Of a stretch of DNA of 64,000 bases, positions 18,343 to 27,555 are shown in pieces (position 1 is the stretch's first letter; every line of letters starts with the position of its first letter). The DNA comes from a virus. The translations under genes and the position numbers were made by a program. The notes under the pieces were generated by a model, which was given only the letters and a program-made list of their open reading frames with translations, was not told the DNA's origin and did no database searches. The stretch is from IMG/VR virus record IMGVR_UViG_3300027836_000007, positions 32,001 through 96,000 of that record, one strand, 5' to 3'.

Positions 18343-18773
18343 CAGATAGAATAGTATGTAGCGGAGCATTGTTCTACGCCAAGTCTACACGAAGATTTCT
18401 ACTGTTACAAAAAGCTCATGGTAAACATACTGGCACGTGGGGATTAGTTGGGGGTACAAACTTACAACACGAAAATCCATGGCAAGGTCTACAGCGTGAA
18501 GTCCAAGAAGAAATTGGATCTATGCCCGCAGTAATTAAAACAATTCCATTAGAAACATTTGTGTCTAACGATAAAATCTTTAATTTTCACACATACTTGT
18601 GTGTAATACAAGATGAATTTATTCCTGTATTAAGCGATGAACATTGTGCGTGGGCATGGTCAACTATTGATTATGCGCCAAAGCCCTTACATCAGGGACT
18701 GCGTAACAGCTTTTCAAACAAAACAATTCGTACTAAATTACAAACTGTATTTGATATAGTGGAGTTAATCTAA
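18324..18773 (+). CDS. Nudix hydrolase
   Basis: Nudix box GGTNLQHENPWQGLQREVQEEIG, plus EH..WAW and LH.G. Confidence 0.9.
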   Translation: METRALTDRIVCSGALFYAKSTRRFLLLQKAHGKHTGTWGLVGGTNLQHENPWQGLQREVQEEIGSMPAVIKTIPLETFVSNDKIFNFHTYLCVIQDEFIPVLSDEHCAWAWSTIDYAPKPLHQGLRNSFSNKTIRTKLQTVFDIVELI

Positions 18774-19345
18774 TGATTAAAAAAGCAGAATGTTGGATAT
18801 TTCCGACCATTATAAATGTTTATAATTTGTTAGATGTGGTCGATCTAACAGAAGTTAACGAAAAAATTGAAGAAACTGAAGTAGTTAACACTTATCATAA
18901 GTTGTTTAATGGCAAGGGTTTAAGAAGTAACTCTTCTCAGTTTTTGGATTCAAACGCAACTCTCAAGAATGCTATTCAGGAATGTATAGATCTGTATGCT
19001 GATCAACTAGGACTATATCCGTGTAAACTAACCTATAGTTGGTGTAACATATATAGAGACGGCAGTACAATAAAGCCTCATCGACATGAACTCAGTTTAG
19101 TAAGCGGAGTATTTTATAGTAAAACCGATGATGATTCAGGGCAACTGGTGTTTGATAACCCATGTCAGCCTTTTAAAGTCAATGAAATTTCTACGAGATT
19201 AACTGAATACAACAGACAAGCATTTAACTTTGAAATTTCACCTGGAGATTTAATATTATTTCCCAGTTGGATGATGCATTATACTGAAAATAATTTTTCT
19301 AATCAACGATACGTGGTTAGTTTTGACACAGGATTAAAACAATGA
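18773..19345 (+). CDS. Fe(II)/2OG oxygenase, TIGR02466-like (HxH type)
   Basis: IFPT start, SWCN, HRH, SGVFY, G.LVF.NP, GDLILFPSW..H, R.VVSF. Confidence 0.85.
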   Translation: MIKKAECWIFPTIINVYNLLDVVDLTEVNEKIEETEVVNTYHKLFNGKGLRSNSSQFLDSNATLKNAIQECIDLYADQLGLYPCKLTYSWCNIYRDGSTIKPHRHELSLVSGVFYSKTDDDSGQLVFDNPCQPFKVNEISTRLTEYNRQAFNFEISPGDLILFPSWMMHYTENNFSNQRYVVSFDTGLKQ

Positions 19346-19929
19346 GCTGGTTTATAAAAGATTTAAATTATACAAATGAGCCGTTTGCATACGCAACGGG
19401 TGTTCTTACAGATGATGAAATAAAATTAGTAGAAATATTGGCTAGCAAAAGTACTATGCAAGGAGATGGCGCTTTAGAAGGCGGTATTTCTGACGAGGCA
19501 ATACGTAAAAATAAAATTTCCTGGCTTGAAGTCTGTGAAGAGTCTAAAGACCTTTACATAAAAATATCAAATGTTGTTCAGCAGCTAAATGAAAGATTTT
19601 ATAGATACGATTTAACAGAAATGGAAAATTTACAGTATGCCGAATATCACTCAGATACACTAGGGCATTACACAACACACAGCGATGACGGTTACAAATA
19701 TAATCTTTTTAGAAAATTAAGTCTAAGTATTCAACTGTCGGATGAATCGGAGTATCAAGGCGGCGAATTAGTATTCCATCGATTTTCAACAAACCATCCA
19801 GAAGCCGCGCCTAAAACCAAAGGAACACTAATTCTGTTCCCTAGTTATGTACTACATGAAGTAACTCCTGTAACAGAAGGCGTAAGAAAAAGTTTAGTTT
19901 CGTGGGTAGTAGGGCCAAGATTTAAATGA
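19342..19929 (+). CDS. Fe(II)/2OG oxygenase, PKHD/prolyl-4-hydroxylase-like
   Basis: HSD, RKLSLSIQLSD..EYQGGEL, GTLILFPS...HEVTPVTEGVRKSLV.W..GP.F. Confidence 0.9.
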   Translation: MSWFIKDLNYTNEPFAYATGVLTDDEIKLVEILASKSTMQGDGALEGGISDEAIRKNKISWLEVCEESKDLYIKISNVVQQLNERFYRYDLTEMENLQYAEYHSDTLGHYTTHSDDGYKYNLFRKLSLSIQLSDESEYQGGELVFHRFSTNHPEAAPKTKGTLILFPSYVLHEVTPVTEGVRKSLVSWVVGPRFK

Positions 19930-20552
19930 GATATTATATTGATACACTGTTTCCAACTTCGGTATATTATTCAGACCTTAACTGTATGGATAAACTGTTT
20001 GACTATGAACTCGATGTCTTTAAAATTTTTAAAGATATTGAAAACGATCCGCATCCGTTTGGCGAAAGTAGTTTAAGCACTTCCTTTTGGCACACTGAAC
20101 ACGGACACTTATACAACGATAGCAGATTTTCTGAGTTATCTTCAACTATACGTAAACAGGCAGTGTTATTCTGTGAAGCTTTGGGATATACTTCTTTAAA
20201 AGAAAATCAGTTAGTGTTCACAAACATGTGGGCAAACTTAATTGGACCTTACGATTATCATGCCCAACATATTCATAGTACTACTGGTAATGCTGCCATT
20301 AGTGGCGTATTTTATGTAGATTCCCCGCCTGGCGCAAAAATAAGTTTTGGTTCGCCTTATAGAGATTCCTACGAACCATTTAAGCCGTGGATTGATAATC
20401 CAGCAAATTTTTCTAAAGTATCATATGATTGTGTTCCTGGAAGATTAGTTATGTTTAAGTCTAATGTTTATCACGGTTATGATAGTCATCGTCAAGAAAA
20501 AAACAAAATAAGTATTCCATTTAATTTATCAATTATACCATATGCCGGTTGA
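19926..20552 (+). CDS. Fe(II)/2OG oxygenase, TIGR02466-like (HxH type)
   Basis: LFPT, MWAN, HIH, ISGVFYV, GRLVMF.S..YH, KISIPFN. Confidence 0.85.
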   Translation: MRYYIDTLFPTSVYYSDLNCMDKLFDYELDVFKIFKDIENDPHPFGESSLSTSFWHTEHGHLYNDSRFSELSSTIRKQAVLFCEALGYTSLKENQLVFTNMWANLIGPYDYHAQHIHSTTGNAAISGVFYVDSPPGAKISFGSPYRDSYEPFKPWIDNPANFSKVSYDCVPGRLVMFKSNVYHGYDSHRQEKNKISIPFNLSIIPYAG

Positions 20553-21117
20553 ATATTTTTTTCCTACTCCTATATACTATTCTTTTGTAAAGAATTTAGA
20601 ATCGATTCACTGCGAAGTTGATTCTCATCTTGCGTCAGTTAAAGATATTGACTTGATAAATCCCTGGGGAGATACCGTACAAACGACATTTAAGTACAGA
20701 CAGCATAATCGTGTTTTAGATAATATGCCTACTCTGCTATCAGAAATTAAAGAAAATTGTCAAAATTTTTTAGAGACAATGAACCATCAAGTTGATAGCG
20801 TTGATATCGAACAATCGTGGTGTAATATTTCAAACAGAGATTCATTTCAACATTTTCATATACACGGAGCTATGGATTTGTCAGGTGTGTATTACCATCA
20901 GACTACAAGTAACGACGGGGACATTGTTTTTAGAAACCCGTCGCTAGTAAATAGATTTCATAAATTAACATATAATATTAACAATTCTGTCAACTATAAA
21001 CCAGAAGTTGGTAAAATTATATTATTTCCTAGTTTTTTAGAACATGCTGTATTTCATAATACTTCAGACGATAAACGAATTAGTATATCATTTAATATAA
21101 ACGTAAATTTAAAATGA
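20542..21117 (+). CDS. Fe(II)/2OG oxygenase, TIGR02466-like (HxH type)
   Basis: FFPTPIY, SWCN, HIH, LSGVYY, GDIVFRNP, LFPSFLEH.V, RISISFN. Confidence 0.88.
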   Translation: MPVEYFFPTPIYYSFVKNLESIHCEVDSHLASVKDIDLINPWGDTVQTTFKYRQHNRVLDNMPTLLSEIKENCQNFLETMNHQVDSVDIEQSWCNISNRDSFQHFHIHGAMDLSGVYYHQTTSNDGDIVFRNPSLVNRFHKLTYNINNSVNYKPEVGKIILFPSFLEHAVFHNTSDDKRISISFNINVNLK

Positions 21118-21734
21118 AAGAAAATTACAAAATTTTACGAAATTTCTTTAAAAAAGAAAAATGTTTAGAGATGACTACTAAACTTAGTAATTTATTACAA
21201 CGAGGAATTTATAGAAATCCAGATTCGTTATGTACTTTGAGTCCTGCGTTCTACGGAATATTTAATGACGAGATGATAGAAATTCAAAAAAATATCGAAA
21301 CACTAGTAGGAGAAGAATTATATCCATGCTATTCGTATGCTAGAATATATCAAAAACACGATATCCTCCCGCCACATACTGACAGACCAAGTTGTGAAAT
21401 TAGCCTTACCGTAACTTTAAATTATGAAAAACATACATGGCCAATTTGGTTGATAGATCAGGGACAAGTTACAAGTATTGAACTAGATATTGGGGATATG
21501 TTACTGTATAAAGGAACAGAAGTCATGCATTTTAGACACCCCATGCAAGGACAAGAGTTTCAATATCAAGTGTTTTTTCACTACGTTAAAAAACAAGGCA
21601 ATTACGCAAATTACAAATACGACTTGAATACAAGTTTACTATCAAACTTAGAAGCAGAAGAACAAAATTTCCCAGAATGGACTGATGATCAGCCGGACCG
21701 GATCATAAATAGAGACGATAAGGATACAAATTAA
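21114..21734 (+). CDS. Fe(II)/2OG oxygenase (HTDRPSCEIS type)
   Basis: LYP.YSYARIY...D.L.PHTDRPSCEISLT, GDMLLYKG....H.R, QVF.HYV. Confidence 0.85.
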   Translation: MKENYKILRNFFKKEKCLEMTTKLSNLLQRGIYRNPDSLCTLSPAFYGIFNDEMIEIQKNIETLVGEELYPCYSYARIYQKHDILPPHTDRPSCEISLTVTLNYEKHTWPIWLIDQGQVTSIELDIGDMLLYKGTEVMHFRHPMQGQEFQYQVFFHYVKKQGNYANYKYDLNTSLLSNLEAEEQNFPEWTDDQPDRIINRDDKDTN

Positions 21735-21735
21735 T

Positions 21736-22341
21736 ATGAATACCAAACCATCTGAAATATTTTATTTAGAAGATGTACTAAGACAAAATACGTTTGACAA
21801 CATTGTTGCCGAATTAAAAAAACCAATCTGGCAATACGGTAGAGTTACTAATCCCGATCTGTGGGACGAGGATACAACAGTATTTTGGCAAGCCGATTTA
21901 AGTCTAAATACCCTAGTAGGGGAACAAGCATTTTATGAAATTATTGATAAATTGAACCAAATTGACTCTACTACACAGAATTACCAGTTTAAACTTTATA
22001 GTGCTATTGCTGGCGGTAAAACATTCGGGTTAGATGGCGGAATTCATACTGATAAAGACGTAGAATTTAACAACATGGGCGACGGATTCATGACCTTTTG
22101 TTTTTTCCCAAACAGAGAATGGAATCCAGAATGGGGCGGCGAGTTTCAGTTCTTTGATCAGGAAGGAAATATAATTGCAACATACTATCCTAAGCCAAAC
22201 ACATGTTTAGTATTTGATAGTAACATTCCGCACAGAGGGCTTGCACCTAATAGAGATTGTAAAAAGCTCAGGATGTACCTTTCTTTCAAAACATTTGTGA
22301 GTAAAAAATGGTACTTGGACCAAAATAACAATGATTCTTAA
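21736..22341 (+). CDS. Fe(II)/2OG oxygenase, prolyl-hydroxylase-like
   Basis: IHTD, W.PEWGGE, PN..LVFDS.IPHRG.AP, R. Confidence 0.85.
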   Translation: MNTKPSEIFYLEDVLRQNTFDNIVAELKKPIWQYGRVTNPDLWDEDTTVFWQADLSLNTLVGEQAFYEIIDKLNQIDSTTQNYQFKLYSAIAGGKTFGLDGGIHTDKDVEFNNMGDGFMTFCFFPNREWNPEWGGEFQFFDQEGNIIATYYPKPNTCLVFDSNIPHRGLAPNRDCKKLRMYLSFKTFVSKKWYLDQNNNDS

Positions 22342-23050
22342 TTTATTTTCATTACCGATATATAAAGTTAATATTTTAGATCAAATTGATACTGGTAATC
22401 TTGAAGAAAAGTTACAGTCTGAATTTGCTCGATCTTCTTCTGACCCAAGTGGTCTAGAAAAAAATGGCGGAGTAAGCACTTACGATACTAATTGTAATTT
22501 ACATTTGGAAGAATATACAAAAACAATATCAAATATTGTGTTACAACATGCTAGATTATATTGGAAAGTATTAGATGTTGATCCTAGATTAGAACCTAGG
22601 ATCGATCAGTGCTGGTCAAATATACATTATAATAAAAGCATTACTATAGAACATTCTCATAGTTTATATCCTATTGTTGCTACCCTATATGTAAAATCTG
22701 AAAAACATTCAGGAGATTTAGTAATGATAAATCCAATGGAGTATGGGCTAACTCATATTCCGTACGGAGTTGCTATTGAAAATAAAACAGAAACTTCTAT
22801 TAAAGTTTCGACGGGAGATTTAGTATTGTTTCCAGGGTGGATTAGACATAAGACAACAGAAAATCTTTCAGATCAATCTAGAATTGTATTAAGTTTTAAT
22901 ATTCATTACCAAGGAACATATCTTGCGTCAAACAGTGACTATCTTGTGGATCATACGGTACATACTAGCGAAATTGATCAGTTACAGAATAAAATTCTAA
23001 AATTAGAATTTATCATAGATCATATGCAACGGAGTTTAAAAAATGATTAA
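22331..23050 (+). CDS. Fe(II)/2OG oxygenase, TIGR02466-like (HxH type), with C-terminal coiled-coil tail
   Basis: WSN, HSH, GDLV..NP, GDLVLFPGW..H, RIVLSFN, then a heptad-like tail. Confidence 0.85.
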   Translation: MILNLFSLPIYKVNILDQIDTGNLEEKLQSEFARSSSDPSGLEKNGGVSTYDTNCNLHLEEYTKTISNIVLQHARLYWKVLDVDPRLEPRIDQCWSNIHYNKSITIEHSHSLYPIVATLYVKSEKHSGDLVMINPMEYGLTHIPYGVAIENKTETSIKVSTGDLVLFPGWIRHKTTENLSDQSRIVLSFNIHYQGTYLASNSDYLVDHTVHTSEIDQLQNKILKLEFIIDHMQRSLKND

Positions 23051-23267
23051 AAAACCAAGAAGAATGCATTTAAATGAAAAAATACTACGTGTTCCTACGA
23101 AACTTTATGAAGAGCGACTAGCAATTTGTAAAACTTGTTACGCCTTCGATGCCGCTGGAGAAACAGGAGGTACTTGTAAAATTATAAATGTGCCTGTTAC
23201 AGCTAAATGCGCTTTAAAATCTGGTTCTTGTCCGATGGGATTCTGGTCGTCTAATTATGACAATTAA
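23043..23267 (+). CDS. Small Cys-rich protein (R..IC..C...C...KC..CP.G.W; DUF6171-like)
   Basis: 74 aa with 5 Cys and a GGAG RBS. Overlaps both neighbours. Confidence 0.7.
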   Translation: MIKKPRRMHLNEKILRVPTKLYEERLAICKTCYAFDAAGETGGTCKIINVPVTAKCALKSGSCPMGFWSSNYDN

Positions 23268-23958
23268 AATTGGTTACTGTCCTTGGTTTGAAAAAAATAA
23301 TCGAACTACAAATACTGCTCTTAACTATTATGGCTGGGCAGATTTGGCTTACTTTGATTTAGAACCGCTAGATACTTGGGAAAATTCAACAGCAAGGTAT
23401 CATCAGTGTCCTGCGTTTGTAAAATATGTAAAAAATACATTTGTATTAAGAAATACAGTAGATTTAGTATTGCACTGGGACAAATATAACCAAGTAGTAA
23501 GCACAAATTTACCCAAGGATGCGGCCGATGCGTTGGTAAGAACTCACTGGGGAGATTTTGATACTGACAAAGATCGCCCAATTGTTGCAATTAGTAATAG
23601 TTTTGTGTTTGTTGCAGATCAGCCAGTCTATGTCGAATTCTTACCTCCGTTTAATCATATTGATCATTCGTGGAGATTAATTCCCGGAATGTTTAATATC
23701 TTTTCGTGGCAACGGCCTGTAGTAACTACTATTGAAATGTTAACAGACGAAGTTATTCTAAAACGTGGTCAGCCCATGGCTTATATTAGATTTAGATCTG
23801 ACAACCCAAGTGATAAGTTTGTTTTGAAAAAAATAGAACGTACTGAACAACTAGAACATGCTGTAAACAGTTGTCTCACATTAAAACAATATATGCCAAA
23901 ATTAAGTTGGAAAATACATAACGCTATTAATAAGTTAAGGCCTAAAAAATGGCTGTGA
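23257..23958 (+). CDS. Hypothetical protein with CPAF...G.P motifs (DUF6065-like, possible dUTPase-like beta fold)
   Basis: HQCPAF..Y..N.F, IPG.FNI..W.RP, KRGQPMAYIRF. The family call is tentative. Confidence 0.55.
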   Translation: MTIKIGYCPWFEKNNRTTNTALNYYGWADLAYFDLEPLDTWENSTARYHQCPAFVKYVKNTFVLRNTVDLVLHWDKYNQVVSTNLPKDAADALVRTHWGDFDTDKDRPIVAISNSFVFVADQPVYVEFLPPFNHIDHSWRLIPGMFNIFSWQRPVVTTIEMLTDEVILKRGQPMAYIRFRSDNPSDKFVLKKIERTEQLEHAVNSCLTLKQYMPKLSWKIHNAINKLRPKKWL

Positions 23959-25418
23959 AGAAAGTAGCGATTCTAGGCGGGGGCACTTCTGGCTGGCTAA
24001 CAGCAATATTTTTTAAAAAAGTTTGGCCGGCACTAGAAATTACAGTAATTGAAGATCCAAAACATCCTCCAATTATAGCAGGAGAAAGTTGCACAGCACC
24101 CTTTGTCGACTTGTTAGATTTTTTAAATATTGACGTAAACGACTGGATTAAAAAAGTAGATGCTTTTCCTAAATTAGGGGGAAAGTTTGAAGGCTGGGGC
24201 CCCAATAATTCTGATTTTGTACAACCGTTATTTTCTTCTTATAAGAATCGGTGGGATTATAAAAATCCAGAGTTTGGCAAAGATAATGTTCTACTCAAAG
24301 GATTACTTGCTACAGGTTTACCCTTACATAAGATTACGGTGTCTGGTCATTTATTAGAAAATAATATAACACCTTTTACTTCTACCGGATTCGTAACTAG
24401 ACCAATGTATCATTTTGACAGCAGAAAAAATGCAGAATATTTTAAAAATATCGGCAAATCATTAAACATTAATCTAATTTTATCAAAATATCAGTCTTGT
24501 AAAATATCCGATAATGGAATTGAAAGTTTAACTTTAGAAGATCAAGAAGTTTGTGCAGATTTTTATATCGATTGTAGTGGATTTAATCAGTTGTTATTAA
24601 AAAAAGCATTAGGAGTTGAATTTAAAAATTTTTCTAAATATTTCCCAGCAACTAGTGTAATAGCTTGGTGGGACGAATCAGATTTAAAACCATATTCAAG
24701 AATGATTGCCATGGATTATGGCTGGCGATTTAATATAGACTTACGGTCTAGAAGTGGAAACGGTTATGTCTACGACGGGTCTTTAATTTCATCAGAACAA
24801 GCACAACAAGAAGTTGAAAGAAAACTTAATAAATCCGTTAATTTAGTTGCCAAAGCATCTTGGCAAGCTGAAATGGCTATTGAACCTTGGCAGAAAAATG
24901 TAATAGCAATAGGACTTAGTTCAGGATTTTTAGAACCGTTAGGATCAGGTGGTCATACTATGATTGCCTTGACTTTACAACTACTTTCAGAATTTTGGAA
25001 CCCAGAAAAAGAAACACACGGCCATGCAACTACGCTATTAAATTCTCGATATAAAGACATTGTTGATGATACTGTAGATTTTATTTCATTACACTATCGA
25101 AATAACAGAAGTGATACTGAATTTTGGAGGAAACATTTATCGGAAGAAACTGTTCCTCAATCGTTAAAACTAAAAATTGAACAACTTAAATCTGGAAACT
25201 TTTACGATATTGGGGTTGCATACTCTTTAGAAAATTATGCCGTAGTATTACAAGCATACGAGTTAATTGATAAATCATTGTTAGCTAATATTATTCGTTA
25301 CAAAAATGAAAAGTATTTAGATCAATGTATAGAAGAATATAACTTACTAAACAATCAAGCAAAACTAATAATCAAAGACTGTATTCCTACAACAGAATGG
25401 AAAAAATTATATGATTAA
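23949..25418 (+). CDS. Flavin-dependent tryptophan-halogenase-family protein 1 (divergent active-site motifs)
   Basis: GGGTSG FAD motif, GES, PKLG lysine, YHFD, DCSGF, GNGYVY, GF.EPL, HY..R.DT.FW. WxWxIP appears as WRFNID and EPLE as EPLG. Confidence 0.85.
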   Translation: MAVKKVAILGGGTSGWLTAIFFKKVWPALEITVIEDPKHPPIIAGESCTAPFVDLLDFLNIDVNDWIKKVDAFPKLGGKFEGWGPNNSDFVQPLFSSYKNRWDYKNPEFGKDNVLLKGLLATGLPLHKITVSGHLLENNITPFTSTGFVTRPMYHFDSRKNAEYFKNIGKSLNINLILSKYQSCKISDNGIESLTLEDQEVCADFYIDCSGFNQLLLKKALGVEFKNFSKYFPATSVIAWWDESDLKPYSRMIAMDYGWRFNIDLRSRSGNGYVYDGSLISSEQAQQEVERKLNKSVNLVAKASWQAEMAIEPWQKNVIAIGLSSGFLEPLGSGGHTMIALTLQLLSEFWNPEKETHGHATTLLNSRYKDIVDDTVDFISLHYRNNRSDTEFWRKHLSEETVPQSLKLKIEQLKSGNFYDIGVAYSLENYAVVLQAYELIDKSLLANIIRYKNEKYLDQCIEEYNLLNNQAKLIIKDCIPTTEWKKLYD

Positions 25419-26895
25419 CAATTTAATAATTCTCGGCGGCGGAACTAGTGGACTAGTTAACGCAATTATATTAAAGTCTATCTACCAAAAGCTCAACATT
25501 ACTATAGTAAAGTCCTCTGATGTTGGCATCATCGGCGTAGGTGAAGGTTCAACTGAACACTGGGCTCGTTTTATGCAAGTTGCAGGAATCTCCGTACACG
25601 AACTGTTAAAAGAAACAGATGCAACGTTTAAATCTGGTATAAAATTTATCAATTGGAATGGAGACGATGACTATTATTTCCATAGTGTTCACAGTCAATT
25701 TTTAACAGAAAGTTACAATGGTTCTAATAATATATATTTAAACATGATTGCAGGAGGAAAAACTCACCACGATATTATTCCTGATAACATTCATAAGTCA
25801 GTTCATTACGAACCTTTAGAAGGAACAGTCAATCAATTTCATTTCAATACCATGAAACTTAATGATTATCTCATTAAGCAATGTTTAGTTAGAGATATAA
25901 AAATTATTGACGATACAGTAGACGATGTTATTTTAGATGACACGGGCCATGTTTCAAAACTAATAGGCAAGTTAGGTGAATATTCGGCAGATTTTTTTAT
26001 TGATTGTAGCGGTTTTAAACGTGTTATATCTTCTAAATTAGGTGCAAAGTGGGTAGACTGTTCAGACTATCTACCAATGAATTCAGCATTTGCATTCCCT
26101 ACAGAAAAAATGGAAGATATTCCTTCACACACCCTTAGCACTGCAATGAGTTCAGGATGGATGTGGCGAATACCAACTAATGATAGATTTGGAAATGGTT
26201 ATGTATATTGTGATAAATTTATTACAGACGAACAAGCTATTGCAGAAGCACAATCTGTATTTCAAAAGCCTATCAACATTGCAAAGACATTTAAATTCAC
26301 TGCTGGATATGTAGATAAATTTTGGATTAAAAATTGTGTGGCTGTTGGGCTGGCTGGGAGTTTTGTTGAACCGTTAGAAGCCAGTAGTATAGGAACTTCT
26401 ATTCAACAGGCATTTGGCATCGCCAACTCTTTAATAAATTACGAGGACGGTGATCAATCATTGATTGACAAATACAATTATGATTTTGAAAGCGTGGCTA
26501 AAAATATTATTGATTTTGTTCAACTACATTATATAACTAAAAGAGAAGATTCTGCTTTTTGGAAAAATTGTAAAAATTTAAAATTAACTGAATTTAATCA
26601 ACAAACATTAGAGCATTTTAAAAAATACGGTCCTAATACAACTTTCTTTAGTAAGCCATATATGCTTTTTAGGGAAGTAAATTGGTTATTAGTCATGCAC
26701 GGCTTAAAAATGCTCGACATAGAAAGTATAAAGAATATGATGTCACAACAAAATGACGATATATTGTTTTCAACAAACGAACTTCAAAAAGATTTTAGTA
26801 AATTTGTTGAAAAACAAACTATGATTACTCATAGAGAATGTTTAGAAATTTTAAAATCTAGAAACTCCGTTCATGTTATCAGTATGGAACAGTGA
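25411..26895 (+). CDS. Flavin-dependent tryptophan-halogenase-family protein 2
   Basis: GGGTSG, GVGEGST, ATFKSGI, DCSGF, WMWRIP, FVEPLEASS, HY...RED.AFW. Confidence 0.92.
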   Translation: MINNLIILGGGTSGLVNAIILKSIYQKLNITIVKSSDVGIIGVGEGSTEHWARFMQVAGISVHELLKETDATFKSGIKFINWNGDDDYYFHSVHSQFLTESYNGSNNIYLNMIAGGKTHHDIIPDNIHKSVHYEPLEGTVNQFHFNTMKLNDYLIKQCLVRDIKIIDDTVDDVILDDTGHVSKLIGKLGEYSADFFIDCSGFKRVISSKLGAKWVDCSDYLPMNSAFAFPTEKMEDIPSHTLSTAMSSGWMWRIPTNDRFGNGYVYCDKFITDEQAIAEAQSVFQKPINIAKTFKFTAGYVDKFWIKNCVAVGLAGSFVEPLEASSIGTSIQQAFGIANSLINYEDGDQSLIDKYNYDFESVAKNIIDFVQLHYITKREDSAFWKNCKNLKLTEFNQQTLEHFKKYGPNTTFFSKPYMLFREVNWLLVMHGLKMLDIESIKNMMSQQNDDILFSTNELQKDFSKFVEKQTMITHRECLEILKSRNSVHVISMEQ

Positions 26896-27527
26896 TGGCT
26901 ATAGAGCAAAAGTCTTTTCCAAATTACGGGTATTCAATGTCAGTTTTGCCCGACGACGTGTTATGTATAATTAAAGAAGAAATTAATAATTTACAAACTA
27001 ACAGTAAAATTTATAAAAATCTAGCAGGGCATTTAGAATCGCAACATTATCTAACAGAATCTCGAAACACATTATCTCCAATTATTTTAGAAATGGCGGC
27101 TGAGTATCTGCTTTCTTGGAATTTTAAAAACGAAGTACTTAGAAATAATCCAAAGGCAGATGTTATCTCTTTTAAATTAGATGATATTTGGGTAAATTTA
27201 CAGAAAAAGACAGAGTATAATCCGTTACACGACCATTCTGGAGTTTTTAGTTTTGTTGCTTGGATCAACATACCCTACAATTTAGAAACAGAAATGAAAC
27301 TGCCGAATGTCGAATCTTCAAATAACCCGTTAGCAACAACTTTTAACTTTGTCTATACTAATGTGTTTGGAGAGATTATTGCCTTGCCATTTTTTGCTGA
27401 GAAAAAACACGAAGGAACTATCATTTTTTTCCCGGCAAAGTTAAAACATTTAGTTTATCCATTTTTAACTTCAGAAGAGCATAGAATAACTATTTCAGGA
27501 AACGTGTCCCTTAACACCGCTGTGTGA
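26895..27527 (+). CDS. Fe(II)/2OG oxygenase (HxH type)
   Basis: LAGHL, WVN.QK..EYNPLHDHSGVFSFV.W..IPY, FFPA.L.H.VYPF, RITISGN. Confidence 0.85.
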   Translation: MAIEQKSFPNYGYSMSVLPDDVLCIIKEEINNLQTNSKIYKNLAGHLESQHYLTESRNTLSPIILEMAAEYLLSWNFKNEVLRNNPKADVISFKLDDIWVNLQKKTEYNPLHDHSGVFSFVAWINIPYNLETEMKLPNVESSNNPLATTFNFVYTNVFGEIIALPFFAEKKHEGTIIFFPAKLKHLVYPFLTSEEHRITISGNVSLNTAV

Positions 27528-27555
27528 TAATTACATATATCACATTAGGAGACAT

